Origin: a virus
Lineage: Duplodnaviria > Caudoviricetes
IMG/VR virus record: IMGVR_UViG_3300005613_000223
Coordinates: 1 to 34,644 of that record
Direction: 5' to 3' (one strand)
DNA length: 34,644 nt
Each line of letters begins with the position of its first letter. Within the stretch, counting starts at the first letter, position 1. Made by a program: the position numbers and the translations under genes. A model generated the notes under the pieces. That model was given only the letters and a program-made list of their open reading frames with translations. It was not told where the DNA came from and did no database searches. Shown in pieces: positions 8,467 through 17,499 of this stretch.

Positions 8467-9722
8467 GCGTCTATCCCCCTATCACTTGTGTCTATGTATC
8501 CTAATTCAAGGTGTCTAACCTGAAATGTTTGTCCTGCGGTGTTGTTTCTGAATCTGAATCGGACTTGTGGGTACCAGACTTCGAAGTCATACCGGTATCT
8601 TGTCCACGTTGAACTAAGTGTATATGAAGTAGTTGTACTCCATGTAGCACCGAAGTCGGTGCTATAAGATAAGGTAACAGCATCCCCCCACCCCTCAAAG
8701 TATAGACAAAACCAGTTAGTTCCATCTCGTCTGTAACCATCACCTGTTACAAAATCTTTAGTATCATGATACCCGTCTATTGCTGTTCCCGCGACATCAT
8801 GGACAATTTCTGTGTCTTTATAGATATATCCTGAACCATCCCCATACATTAAAGCTGGTGTTAAGTCTGAGGTCGTAACATCATTCCACCTGCCTACTGC
8901 TTGGTTCCAGGTTGAGGGGTGGCCATCCCAAGTTAAAGCATCTACAGCTTTGTACGTTCCCCACCCTGTTGCACTCCGTGGGCCTCTGGCCCAGGACTTA
9001 TTCCTCAGATTGTAGAGGAAATAATGGTCTGGTGTAGTTGAGCCCAACATTGGGAAATATAGTCGGACGTCCTCCCCTTCCTGTTTGTATGCAAAGAAAG
9101 AAGAACCTGCATAGGTAGGATCAATTATGCTGAACAACTCATCCCTAATCTTATCCCCTATTGGTTTTGGTTCCTTCCCCCCTTCGTATGCGTACACATT
9201 ATCGTGGCCTAAAAAGATGTGGCTGTTACCTAAATTAACCACTGCCCTTCTTGCAAGTAATCCTTGTCTGGGAGCACGGGAATAAAACGCAAACGGTGTT
9301 GATACCTTGTTCTGGTAGTCCATTAAGATGATTGATTTCTCCCCATATATAATGTAATAAGCTCCTAACTTTTGGGCGTTCATAATAAAGTCCTCTCTCA
9401 TAAAAGACTCAAGGTCACTGTACCCACTTCCTGTTGCAGTCCAATCAGTCGCTACGGGAGGAGTTGACACACCACCTGCTTTCGTATACCTAACAGTTTG
9501 AGGACATGCTGTTCCACTTTCAACTGTGTAAAATAATACTACTCTTTCACCAAACTTCCCAAGTGTTCTGGCCGAGTAGTTTTCACACCCAGGTAAAATC
9601 AGAACTTGAGAGGCAGACCCGTTCCAGTATTGGACTTTATCCACTCCATTCGAGAAGATGTAATAGTTGTTCATTACAACCCCTGAAAAGTAATCTGTTA
9701 CTGCACCTGTAAAATATGCCAT
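8463..9722 (-). CDS. Tail nozzle / stabilization protein (P22 gp10 / tail tubular B-like), main portion
   Basis: Beta-propeller-like aromatic-rich sequence (NGVDKVQYWNG, PIGDKI, YNLRNKSW, YSTDFGATWS, VRFRF). Position in the tail module. Confidence 0.65.
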   Translation of the reverse strand: MAYFTGAVTDYFSGVVMNNYYIFSNGVDKVQYWNGSASQVLILPGCENYSARTLGKFGERVVLFYTVESGTACPQTVRYTKAGGVSTPPVATDWTATGSGYSDLESFMREDFIMNAQKLGAYYIIYGEKSIILMDYQNKVSTPFAFYSRAPRQGLLARRAVVNLGNSHIFLGHDNVYAYEGGKEPKPIGDKIRDELFSIIDPTYAGSSFFAYKQEGEDVRLYFPMLGSTTPDHYFLYNLRNKSWARGPRSATGWGTYKAVDALTWDGHPSTWNQAVGRWNDVTTSDLTPALMYGDGSGYIYKDTEIVHDVAGTAIDGYHDTKDFVTGDGYRRDGTNWFCLYFEGWGDAVTLSYSTDFGATWSTTTSYTLSSTWTRYRYDFEVWYPQVRFRFRNNTAGQTFQVRHLELGYIDTSDRGIDA

Positions 9723-9732
9723 CTATTACTCC

Positions 9733-10290
9733 TTAAGTTACTGTCACACGACAGAAGAGTATTCCTTCACCTCCACCACTAACCTGGCGAACTATAACAC
9801 GTGATACTAGATTAGCCGTTCCACTTTGTAGCTGAACTGTCACTCTTGATACCAAGTTTGCTGATGCCTTAATATTTCTAGGTGTTATCCTACATACTAA
9901 ATTAGCATAGCCGGGACAACAAGTAACTGTTACCCGACAAACCAATCCTTCTTCGACATCAGTTATGTTCACGAAGGTATCATTGGTACTATCATAGTAA
10001 TACATATCTGTCGTGGTAATTACTATAAGCTTGTCGCTTCCCGTAGTTTTATAAAACTGAAAGATTTCCAATACCGTTCCCTCAAGAGGATTAGTCTCGG
10101 TATCAGCAAAGTATTGATTCCCTTTAGCTTTCTCTATTCTATGATTACGGTACCAGCACTCACTTGACCTAGGAGTTTCCTCATCCTCAATCATAGTAGT
10201 AGGAGCAGAGTAATTGAGCCCACCATTCAACCCGTAAATAGAGTGGTATTGTCTCCTTTCTTTTGGTATCTTGGTACTCTTTTTAGCCAT
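9733..10290 (-). CDS. Apparent N-terminal portion of the nozzle protein, fused to about 5 copies of the 14-aa repeat
   Basis: GLNGGLNYSAPTTMIEDEETP resembles nozzle N-termini. C-terminus has LVCRVTV / NLVSRVTV repeats. Confidence 0.55.
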   Translation of the reverse strand: MAKKSTKIPKERRQYHSIYGLNGGLNYSAPTTMIEDEETPRSSECWYRNHRIEKAKGNQYFADTETNPLEGTVLEIFQFYKTTGSDKLIVITTTDMYYYDSTNDTFVNITDVEEGLVCRVTVTCCPGYANLVCRITPRNIKASANLVSRVTVQLQSGTANLVSRVIVRQVSGGGEGILFCRVTVT

Positions 10291-10293
10291 CTA

Positions 10294-10581
10294 TTACTCC
10301 TCTTTATAGTCAGCCCGTAGTTTTCCTTTCGCTTTTAATCTCTTAATCGCATCTATCCTCTTTTGTTTGTCTATCTCCTCTTGGACAAGAGCTTCCTCTA
10401 CTTTAGCAGGGTCTTCCCATACCTTTATTGTATTAGCCTCTGCTTCACTCTCCACTTCGATGACCTTATACCCATCTTTGAATTCATGTTCCGACCCAGC
10501 ATCAAAGGCAAACTTTGATATGATGTGGTCATCTTTATCCTTTATGTAACCAAAACCACTAGTTAGTTTCAACTTTGCCAT
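10294..10581 (-). CDS. Hypothetical protein, possibly tail fibre assembly (probable start ATG 10581)
   Basis: AAGGAGGT RBS before MAKLKL. Directly follows a tail fibre gene. Confidence 0.5.
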   Translation of the reverse strand: MAKLKLTSGFGYIKDKDDHIISKFAFDAGSEHEFKDGYKVIEVESEAEANTIKVWEDPAKVEEALVQEEIDKQKRIDAIKRLKAKGKLRADYKEE

Positions 10582-10591
10582 GTTTACCTCC

Positions 10592-11395
10592 TTATGCTCC
10601 TGTTGGCATCCAATACACACCAGTTACTGTTATGGTGTCATCTTCTATTCTCCAATATTCACCCTTCTTTACGGGGAAACATATGCCTGTTACCTTCCTA
10701 ACTGATGTTTCAGAACCCGATGCATCAGTCATCCTTACTGTTGTTGGAGGACTGCTGCTATCCGTTTTCCCTGTTATCGTACCGTTTGCAGCACCAGTTG
10801 TATATACACCACAAGCAAACCCATCAGTAGCCGCTAGGTAAACTGTATCTACTGACTTAGATGCCCAACTTCCAAATACACCAAGCTGTGACGCGAGTAG
10901 ACCACCTACGTATTCTGCATTTAAGTTATCTACCTTAGTTGTTGAGTCAACCACGAAGGGTGCTGTGCCAGTTGGTACATCAGCATAGAATTGTTTAGCC
11001 CTTATTTGATAATCCCCAGCATCCCAATCTGCTGTTAATGGGACTGTCCCATCTGCTAATAGATAGTTGTCACTTCCGTAGGTAATACCATCTGCTGTTA
11101 GCTGGATAACATTTCCGGCTGCATCCATATAGTAAAGTTCTGTGTCCCCACCATCATTCTTGGTGTACAAGAAACCAAAGTCAGTAACATTAGTAGGATC
11201 AGTAGCACGTTCACCAAGGGTAACTTGCTTGTGCATACCTACATTGGTGTAGCCTGTTTCATCCGAATAGAAGTAATGGTCAACAGCCAGCCTCTCTCTC
11301 ATGCATATCTTATAATTCCTTATCGCATCGTCACCATCACGGATATAATCTGTTCCGGCTGGTACTGCTTCATTGTGTGTTTGTGCAAAAGCCAT
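10592..11395 (-). CDS. Tail fibre protein
   Basis: GDDAIR N-terminal anchor, ELYYMDAAGNVIQLT, DGTVPLTADWDAG, GTAPFVVDSTTKVDNLNA and a C-terminal FPVKKGEYWRI tip motif. Confidence 0.75.
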   Translation of the reverse strand: MAFAQTHNEAVPAGTDYIRDGDDAIRNYKICMRERLAVDHYFYSDETGYTNVGMHKQVTLGERATDPTNVTDFGFLYTKNDGGDTELYYMDAAGNVIQLTADGITYGSDNYLLADGTVPLTADWDAGDYQIRAKQFYADVPTGTAPFVVDSTTKVDNLNAEYVGGLLASQLGVFGSWASKSVDTVYLAATDGFACGVYTTGAANGTITGKTDSSSPPTTVRMTDASGSETSVRKVTGICFPVKKGEYWRIEDDTITVTGVYWMPTGA

Positions 11396-11404
11396 AATTA
11401 CCTC

Positions 11405-11641
11405 CTACTTAATCCCATTCTTGCCTAATAGTTTCTTTACATCGCTTTTGATTTCATCAACAGTGTCTTTCACGTGTCCATTTAAGACATCGCACATTTC
11501 TTTGGATTGTAAGTCTTTAACTTTCTTATCCATATCCTTCTTGATACCATTGTTCATTGATAGAACTATAATCCCAAAGCCTACTACTGGTATACCAACA
11601 GAAGCTAGTAGTGTTAAATTTTGTCCTAATTCAGGTGTCAT
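11405..11641 (-). CDS. Small single-TM protein with coiled-coil-like tail (holin-like)
   Basis: GAGGAGG RBS before MTPELG. TM segment LLASVGIPVVGFGIIVL and charged helical C-terminus. Confidence 0.5.
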   Translation of the reverse strand: MTPELGQNLTLLASVGIPVVGFGIIVLSMNNGIKKDMDKKVKDLQSKEMCDVLNGHVKDTVDEIKSDVKKLLGKNGIK

Positions 11642-11792
11642 TATCTTCCTCCTCTGGTTCTTTCCCATTCACAAATAGATCATCATGTAATTCATCAATT
11701 TCATCTTTAAGAAGCCGATACGCTGTAGATATTTTCTTCAGCGTATGTTGGAAGCGTTTCTGCATTGCTTCAGTTAATATAATATCTGGCAT
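11631..11792 (-). CDS. Hypothetical 53-aa protein
   Basis: MPDIILTEAMQKRFQHTLKKISTAYRLLKDEIDELHDDLFVNGKEPEEEDNDT fills the gap. Its start is coupled (TAATG) to an upstream open frame. Confidence 0.55.
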   Translation of the reverse strand: MPDIILTEAMQKRFQHTLKKISTAYRLLKDEIDELHDDLFVNGKEPEEEDNDT

Positions 11793-11940
11793 TAGAATCT
11801 CCAAGTCCATTTGAACCCCACATAGGGTTCACCACCTGCCCATTCAGGCATGTTTAATTTCCCTACCTTTAATCCCTTAATTTTTTCGCCATGTCTAATC
11901 AAAAATAGTGCAGCTCTACCCCTCGCGGTGAACTTGCCTC

Positions 11941-12162
11941 CTACAGGAAAAAGTTTTTGAACTTCTCAAATAGTTTTTCAAAGGTGTTAAATCCCGCACT
12001 TATCCCTGCTACGATTTTGTCATCCTTATCTCCAGGAATAACTATTGCACATAGTCGTGTAGCCACTATAAGTAACTCTCTGATGATTGGTATAGCAGTT
12101 TGAATTAAGCCCAGAATACCTGCTACATTTTTGGGCAAAAGTTTCTTTAGAAATGAATTCAT
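11941..12162 (-). CDS. Small amphipathic / membrane protein (holin-like)
   Basis: AAGGAGGT RBS. Hydrophobic helices and a PGDKDD turn. Confidence 0.55.
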   Translation of the reverse strand: MNSFLKKLLPKNVAGILGLIQTAIPIIRELLIVATRLCAIVIPGDKDDKIVAGISAGFNTFEKLFEKFKNFFL

Positions 12163-12173
12163 ACCTTACCTCC

Positions 12174-12299
12174 TTATTTCTTTTTAGGTGAGGGTTGACG
12201 TGGTGTTCCTCTATTACCAACACCTTTTCCACTACCATCTCTTCTTCTACTACCCCCACAAGCTCCACGTCCGCCTCTTCCTGCACTACCTCTTGCCAT
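12174..12299 (-). CDS. 41-aa Gly/Arg-rich basic peptide
   Basis: AGGAGGT RBS. Translation MARGSAGRGGRGACGGSRRRDGSGKGVGNRGTPRQPSPKKK. Below the ORF-track cutoff. Confidence 0.7.
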   Translation of the reverse strand: MARGSAGRGGRGACGGSRRRDGSGKGVGNRGTPRQPSPKKK

Positions 12300-12495
12300 C
12301 GCACACCTCCTTTAATTCCTTCGCTAACTCTTTAGCGAATGTCTCTATATGTATGTGAGCCCAACCCTTGGGTATATACGCTTTCTTGTATGTACAATCC
12401 AATGTCTTATTTAGTCGTTTCTTTACCAGCTCTTCTATCATGTCTGCCTTCTTTATCCTCATCAGTTTATATCTGGAACCTCTACCTTCATCCAC
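12286..12495 (-). CDS. Hypothetical protein
   Basis: ORF filling the gap in the operon. Start uncertain. Confidence 0.45.
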   Translation of the reverse strand: MDEGRGSRYKLMRIKKADMIEELVKKRLNKTLDCTYKKAYIPKGWAHIHIETFAKELAKELKEVCDGKR

Positions 12496-15416
12496 ATATT
12501 ACTCTCATCACTCATCTTTGTCCAACTCGTTGATTGGTCTGATTGTAGTGTCCAATCAGTTGACTCATCTGCTTGAATGAACCAGTTATAACAAATAACC
12601 CTAGCCATCAAGTTAATGTAAGATGGCTTGAGAACGGTTAGTCGAGAGACTAAATTTATACAATGAAATACTGTTATATAACAAGGTATATTGGCTGTCG
12701 CTGATTTAAGTGATGTTATTCTTGCTACTAAATTGACGCTGGTTGGTTTAAGTACAGTCACCCTACAGACTAAATCTGCCACATGTGGAATCTCTACCCT
12801 ACACACCAAATTAGCTGTACTTACTTGTCTGACAGTTATTCGTGATAGGAGATTTGCTTTCCAATATCCAATTACATTTACTTTCGAAGGTAAGTTAAGG
12901 GTGCTTGCCTTTAAGACGGTAATAGTACCGTTTAGGTTCTTATATCCCCATACTTTAGGTGTTACTGTCAGCCGGCATACAAGATTGATAGTTGCTGCTT
13001 TATATACCGTTATATGAGATACCAAACTTGTGGATGATGCCTTTAGAACAGTTATGGTTGCATTGAGGTTTCTATATGATGGGCCACCTGGATTGGTAAT
13101 ACGGCAGACTAAGTTAACTTGTGATTCCCTTAATACGGTTACCCTAGAGATAGCTTCTGCGTCATCTAAACATCGAGAGGTTAGCCTACACACAAGTGCC
13201 TTACCTGTAACTACTCTAGATGTGAGACGAGCGACTAAATTAACAGAGGTAGATTTTAATACCGTTACCCTCGATACCAGAGCTGATGTTGATGTTTTTA
13301 AAACAGTAACCCGTGAGACAAGACTAGCTGTATCTGTTCTAAGAGTGGTTACCCTCGACACCAGATTAGCTGTTGAGAGACATCTAACAGTTACCCGCCC
13401 AACTAAATTCGTTGATGCAGTTTTAATAGCATTTACTCTCGAAATTAAATTAGAGGTGCTTACTTGCCGAACGGTAATTCGTGAGACCAATGCAAGACTG
13501 TTCGTTTTGAGTGCGGTTACCCTTGATACCAAGCTGGCGGTACTTGTCTTTAATGCCGTTACCCTCGCTGCTAGATTGACTGTTTGGGGAATACATATTG
13601 GGGTAATTTGACAGACAAGATTGGCTGTTGATTGAGCTCGAGCAGTTACCCTACAAGGTAATGAACCAACCACAAGCCCCTCTTCAGTACCGCTTCCTGA
13701 GTTCCAAAGGGCAGTAACCTGTGTTTGATCTAATACCTCCTCAAAAACTCTTACAGAATCAATATCTCCCGTAACATAAATACCGGCAGACCCTTGATTG
13801 TTTAAAGCTCCTATAAATATGTTTCTGTCAAGGGTATCTAAGGCTACTGAGTTTTCTTGAATCTTATAGGATACTGTCTTTGAATCCCCATCAAAATAGA
13901 TGGTCATAATATCAGTTGAGGAATCCCAAGTTGCTACGATATGATGCCAATTCCCATCATATAAACTTGCATTTGCATTTGTTGTATATCCTATCACATC
14001 AAGGACACTTCCTGCAGTTGTCCGAACAAAAAACAATATCCTTCCCGGGTCTTCCAGACTTGAGCCTCTGTTTATTTCTAAATCCCATCCATCATCCGAA
14101 ATTCCATCGTAACTGCCTATAACAACCTGCCTTGCGTCACTGCTTGTTTTTACCCATACGGATACTGACAGCTTTGTCAGTCCATTCACTATAGACCTTG
14201 ACCCAACACCTAAATCAATATAATCATCTCCGTCAAAAGTGAGAGCTGTATTTATTTTCCCCGCAACTGATTTATCTTCTGTATTACCCCCGACAAAAGT
14301 CCCGTGATAGTTCCCTGTATTATCAATTACGGTAGCATTGGCAGCATTATCATTCATCTTCCAGTGGGCTATTTCGGTGGAAATACCCATCGTGTTGGTT
14401 CTAAGACAGGTTATTCTAGCCACGAGGTTAACTGATGTAGGTTTTAAGACAGTTGCCCGTGATACTAAATTGACACTTGTGGGTTTAAGAACGGTGATGC
14501 GAGCTACCAGATTGGTGGTCGCAGCCAATAATACCGTTACTCGTGAGACAAGATTGGTAGAACTAGATGCCCTTGAGGTTACTTGACATACAAGGTTAGC
14601 CGTGCTGTTAGCACGAACTGTAACTTGCGAAACCACATTTGCTGTCGCAGTTGCCCGAACCGTAATTTGAGATACAAGGTTGGCGGTGACTGCCTTTAGA
14701 GTTGTTACCCGACAGACTAAATCCTTACTTCCGGGAGTAGCACTTATATCAAGTCTTGCATTATAATCATCTACACATATACCTTCAACACTATCAATAC
14801 CACTTACATCCTTACTGGTCTTAAGAGTGACTTCAGTTTGACCTGAAGACTTATACAACTTATCAGCTTGATTCCCACCCCAAGGTGTATCGGTTCCATC
14901 CCACGAGATATCTTGTATTGAATTATCAATACTCTGTATGTCTCTAGTGTTCTTTAATGTGGCACTGAATTGGCCCGATTGAAGACACAGATAATCATTA
15001 GGTCCTGTCGACTCACACCAAGGCGTATTTGTGCCGTCCCAAGATATGCCTTTAGGGTTCACACCCAGCGACAAACTAGTTTTCATTGTCACTGATATTT
15101 TCCCAGAGTTTTTATAAAGTTTATCCCCAGTTGAACCTGACCAAGGCGTATCGGTCTCTTCACCAGTTACTCCCTCTACGGCAGTATCAACACCGCTCAC
15201 ATCCAAACTATTAGTTATTGTGGCTGTAAGTTCACCATCAGCCCACCTAATGATATCATTGACACCTTCACAATGAACGGTATAGGTTCCATCCCAGGAT
15301 ATGCCGGTAGGGTTTCTCCCGACTACTGCTCGACTATCCTTTAGTGTCGTTTCAAATTGGCCTGAGGAAATGTAAAGTTTATCACCACTGATTCCGCTCC
15401 ATGGGGTATTAGCCAT
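12462..15416 (-). CDS. 984-aa virion fibre/adhesin: N-terminal propeller-like repeats, about 34 14-aa repeats, internal LamG/concanavalin-A domain
   Basis: About 44-aa repeats (TPWSG..GDKLY.SSGQ...TLK...ISWDGT). LamG motifs AHWKMND, FDGDDYIDLG, SVSVWVK, WHHIVATWD, GDIDSVRVF. NLVSRVTVLK repeats on both sides of LamG. Confidence 0.8.
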   Translation of the reverse strand: MANTPWSGISGDKLYISSGQFETTLKDSRAVVGRNPTGISWDGTYTVHCEGVNDIIRWADGELTATITNSLDVSGVDTAVEGVTGEETDTPWSGSTGDKLYKNSGKISVTMKTSLSLGVNPKGISWDGTNTPWCESTGPNDYLCLQSGQFSATLKNTRDIQSIDNSIQDISWDGTDTPWGGNQADKLYKSSGQTEVTLKTSKDVSGIDSVEGICVDDYNARLDISATPGSKDLVCRVTTLKAVTANLVSQITVRATATANVVSQVTVRANSTANLVCQVTSRASSSTNLVSRVTVLLAATTNLVARITVLKPTSVNLVSRATVLKPTSVNLVARITCLRTNTMGISTEIAHWKMNDNAANATVIDNTGNYHGTFVGGNTEDKSVAGKINTALTFDGDDYIDLGVGSRSIVNGLTKLSVSVWVKTSSDARQVVIGSYDGISDDGWDLEINRGSSLEDPGRILFFVRTTAGSVLDVIGYTTNANASLYDGNWHHIVATWDSSTDIMTIYFDGDSKTVSYKIQENSVALDTLDRNIFIGALNNQGSAGIYVTGDIDSVRVFEEVLDQTQVTALWNSGSGTEEGLVVGSLPCRVTARAQSTANLVCQITPICIPQTVNLAARVTALKTSTASLVSRVTALKTNSLALVSRITVRQVSTSNLISRVNAIKTASTNLVGRVTVRCLSTANLVSRVTTLRTDTASLVSRVTVLKTSTSALVSRVTVLKSTSVNLVARLTSRVVTGKALVCRLTSRCLDDAEAISRVTVLRESQVNLVCRITNPGGPSYRNLNATITVLKASSTSLVSHITVYKAATINLVCRLTVTPKVWGYKNLNGTITVLKASTLNLPSKVNVIGYWKANLLSRITVRQVSTANLVCRVEIPHVADLVCRVTVLKPTSVNLVARITSLKSATANIPCYITVFHCINLVSRLTVLKPSYINLMARVICYNWFIQADESTDWTLQSDQSTSWTKMSDESNMWMKVEVPDIN
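12590..13670 (-). repeat. About 26 copies of the 14-aa (42-nt) repeat xNLVSRVTVLKxST, C-terminal block
   Basis: Counted by eye in the translation. Boundaries approximate. Confidence 0.85.
14390..14727 (-). repeat. About 8 copies of the 14-aa repeat, N-terminal block
   Basis: KDLVCRVTTLKAVT through VNLVARITCLRTNT. Boundaries approximate. Confidence 0.85.
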
Positions 15417-16071
15417 CTTTCACCCCCTCGTACATTTCTCGATATGCTCGATGCATCTCATGCATAGATAGTTCAGAAAAGTGGTCACACCAATAACCGA
15501 AGTGTGCATATATCTCAAACCCGTTCTTTCTTGCACGCTCACAGAAAGCCATATCATTTCCTCTTTCCATCAACCCTTCCTCTGTCCACCTTCTCATAAA
15601 GGGTGCTTTCCTCATCTCCGGGTTTTCAAACACTCGTCTAGCGATAAGAATACAACCCGTTCCAACCGCATCAACCTTTTGTAAGCCGTTTCGGTCTTGG
15701 TGCTCACGGTAACCAGTAGCGTCATCTACTAAGTCATAAGCGTTCCAATAGACTGGCCGCTCACCCTTCTTTTCATCTTTAAAGTGCCAGATGGGTGTGG
15801 GTACACCAATAATGTCTTTCTTGAGTTCGACGAGGTCAAGAGGGTTTTTTGATGGGGGGTTATCTGCATCTATGTTTAGCCAGAAGTCATAATCACTGTC
15901 CATGAAGTCTTTAACAATATGGTGGAGATTACACACATATGGTTTGTGGGAGGGCATGATGAGAGTTGTTTTATATCTCTTGTCACCAAGCAAGGTAATA
16001 ACCCTATTCACAACAAACTTGTGAATCCAATGCTTATTAGGGACACTAAGAAGAATTTTAATCTGGGTCAT
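15409..16071 (-). CDS. GT-A fold (GT2-like) glycosyltransferase
   Basis: DYDFWLNIDAD (DxD), VDAVGTGCILIARRVFE and GNDMAFCERARKNGFEIY motifs. Confidence 0.8.
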   Translation of the reverse strand: MTQIKILLSVPNKHWIHKFVVNRVITLLGDKRYKTTLIMPSHKPYVCNLHHIVKDFMDSDYDFWLNIDADNPPSKNPLDLVELKKDIIGVPTPIWHFKDEKKGERPVYWNAYDLVDDATGYREHQDRNGLQKVDAVGTGCILIARRVFENPEMRKAPFMRRWTEEGLMERGNDMAFCERARKNGFEIYAHFGYWCDHFSELSMHEMHRAYREMYEGVKDG

Positions 16072-16624
16072 CAGACTTCACCAACTTTATGTTGAGTGTA
16101 TCCTTGGCCTTTAAAAACTTCTTTAGTTTGTGTACTCTTATACCTGCATCTTTGCTGTTAGGGTCAAGGGCTTTTGTTATCCTCACCATTATCTCGTCAG
16201 TAGGTAACCCAGCTTCCTTCCTTAAAATTAGTTCATTCTTTAGGTTAATCAGCACTCTTTCATCAGCCTTGTATTCTGGTAAATCAACCGCATACCTTTC
16301 TTCCCAAAATGTTTCAGCTTCCGCTTCCGTCATTTCGGTGACGAGTGTTGGCCACATAGCAATAGCTTCTTTAGCAAACTGTTTGGTCACAAAAAGCATA
16401 CCCCATTGCATACCATATGGACTGTCCGGGCCTTCTTCTTTATGACCATACACGTTATCATACTTCCAGCTAGATGACATTTGCTTTGCAGCAATATTTC
16501 TTCTATCTTGATCTGAAGCACCTGCACTTGCTAAAGGAAGTAACCCCCAATTGGGGTGGTCAGCTTCACCATTGTCTCTTAACCCTATCTTTACCTTAAT
16601 AGGTACTAATTCTTGTTTAGCCAT
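16058..16624 (-). CDS. Hypothetical protein
   Basis: 188-aa ORF tightly packed in the operon, with RBS. Confidence 0.6.
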   Translation of the reverse strand: MAKQELVPIKVKIGLRDNGEADHPNWGLLPLASAGASDQDRRNIAAKQMSSSWKYDNVYGHKEEGPDSPYGMQWGMLFVTKQFAKEAIAMWPTLVTEMTEAEAETFWEERYAVDLPEYKADERVLINLKNELILRKEAGLPTDEIMVRITKALDPNSKDAGIRVHKLKKFLKAKDTLNIKLVKSDDPD

Positions 16625-16978
16625 TTACACCTTCCTCCACTTCTTCTCACCAGCTTTTCTTTCTTCAATGGTGAGTTTTACATTACCTGTCGCTTCATCC
16701 ACTTCCAACTTAATCGCATACTTGGTTTCATCTCCAACCACACAGCCTATTACACGTTCAACCAACCCTTGTTTAAGTGGTCCGACACCTGTAACAGCTC
16801 TATGTAATTGTATAATATCAGCATTTTTACCATCAACTGATAGTGTAAAATACTGATTCCCTCGCTTAAGTTGAAGGGAAGTGATGTCCTGGAGGTTGTT
16901 GGTCTCCTCCTTGATTTGCTTCCAGTCCATTTCATTTTCAGTTATTGTCCTACCGTTTCGTAGATGAACAATGTACAT
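16625..16978 (-). CDS. Hypothetical protein
   Basis: 117-aa ORF with GGAGG RBS. Confidence 0.6.
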   Translation of the reverse strand: MYIVHLRNGRTITENEMDWKQIKEETNNLQDITSLQLKRGNQYFTLSVDGKNADIIQLHRAVTGVGPLKQGLVERVIGCVVGDETKYAIKLEVDEATGNVKLTIEERKAGEKKWRKV

Positions 16979-17010
16979 TTTTATCCCTCCATTTTTTTAT
17001 CGTATACTTT

Positions 17011-17469
17011 TTATGTATACGAGTACTTTAGCTGATAACCCCAAGCTGTCCAAGCTCCGTCACCAGCTGCTGTCGCTACTTTAACTATCAAGTATACAAA
17101 ATCCCCATAGCCTCCATAAGCTACAGCTGAATATGCATAACCTGACCCAGTGGACTCTGGCATTTCTGTACCGTAAGTTGCACTACCTACAGGTGCAGTC
17201 GAACTTACTGTTACGTAAGTATTGGTAGCCGTGACCCTGTGAGCCCATGACTGACCTGTGCCTACGGTATCAGCTGAACCTGACCTTGCCCCTACTGCAT
17301 CGTACAACCACCACTTACATGACTGTAGAGAGTTGGTAGCAACCTTTGGTCTGATTACTTTCGCAACTGACCATGAACCTGCGGTAACTGTTCCAAAGTT
17401 GAGTGACTGAATTGATGTGTAAGCGTTGTTACTGATTACCTGTACCCATGTTACTGTTGGTGCTGCCAT
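17011..17469 (-). CDS. Beta-rich Ser/Thr/Gly-rich putative virion structural protein
   Basis: AGGAGGT RBS. LNFGTVTAG motif and a C-terminal YQLKYSYT strand. Confidence 0.55.
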   Translation of the reverse strand: MAAPTVTWVQVISNNAYTSIQSLNFGTVTAGSWSVAKVIRPKVATNSLQSCKWWLYDAVGARSGSADTVGTGQSWAHRVTATNTYVTVSSTAPVGSATYGTEMPESTGSGYAYSAVAYGGYGDFVYLIVKVATAAGDGAWTAWGYQLKYSYT

Positions 17470-17499
17470 CTTTGCATCAAACCTCCTTTTTGGCCTAGA

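Noticed and set aside
12026-12304. 92-aa Glu/Val-rich ORF
   Set aside because: It is an alternative frame of the Gly/Arg peptide and holin-like genes, both of which have well-spaced RBSs.
12691-14586. Plus-strand ORFs 12691..13017, 13030..13611 and 14338..14586 with repetitive translations
   Set aside because: They are antisense shadows of the 42-nt repeat coding region and lack an RBS.
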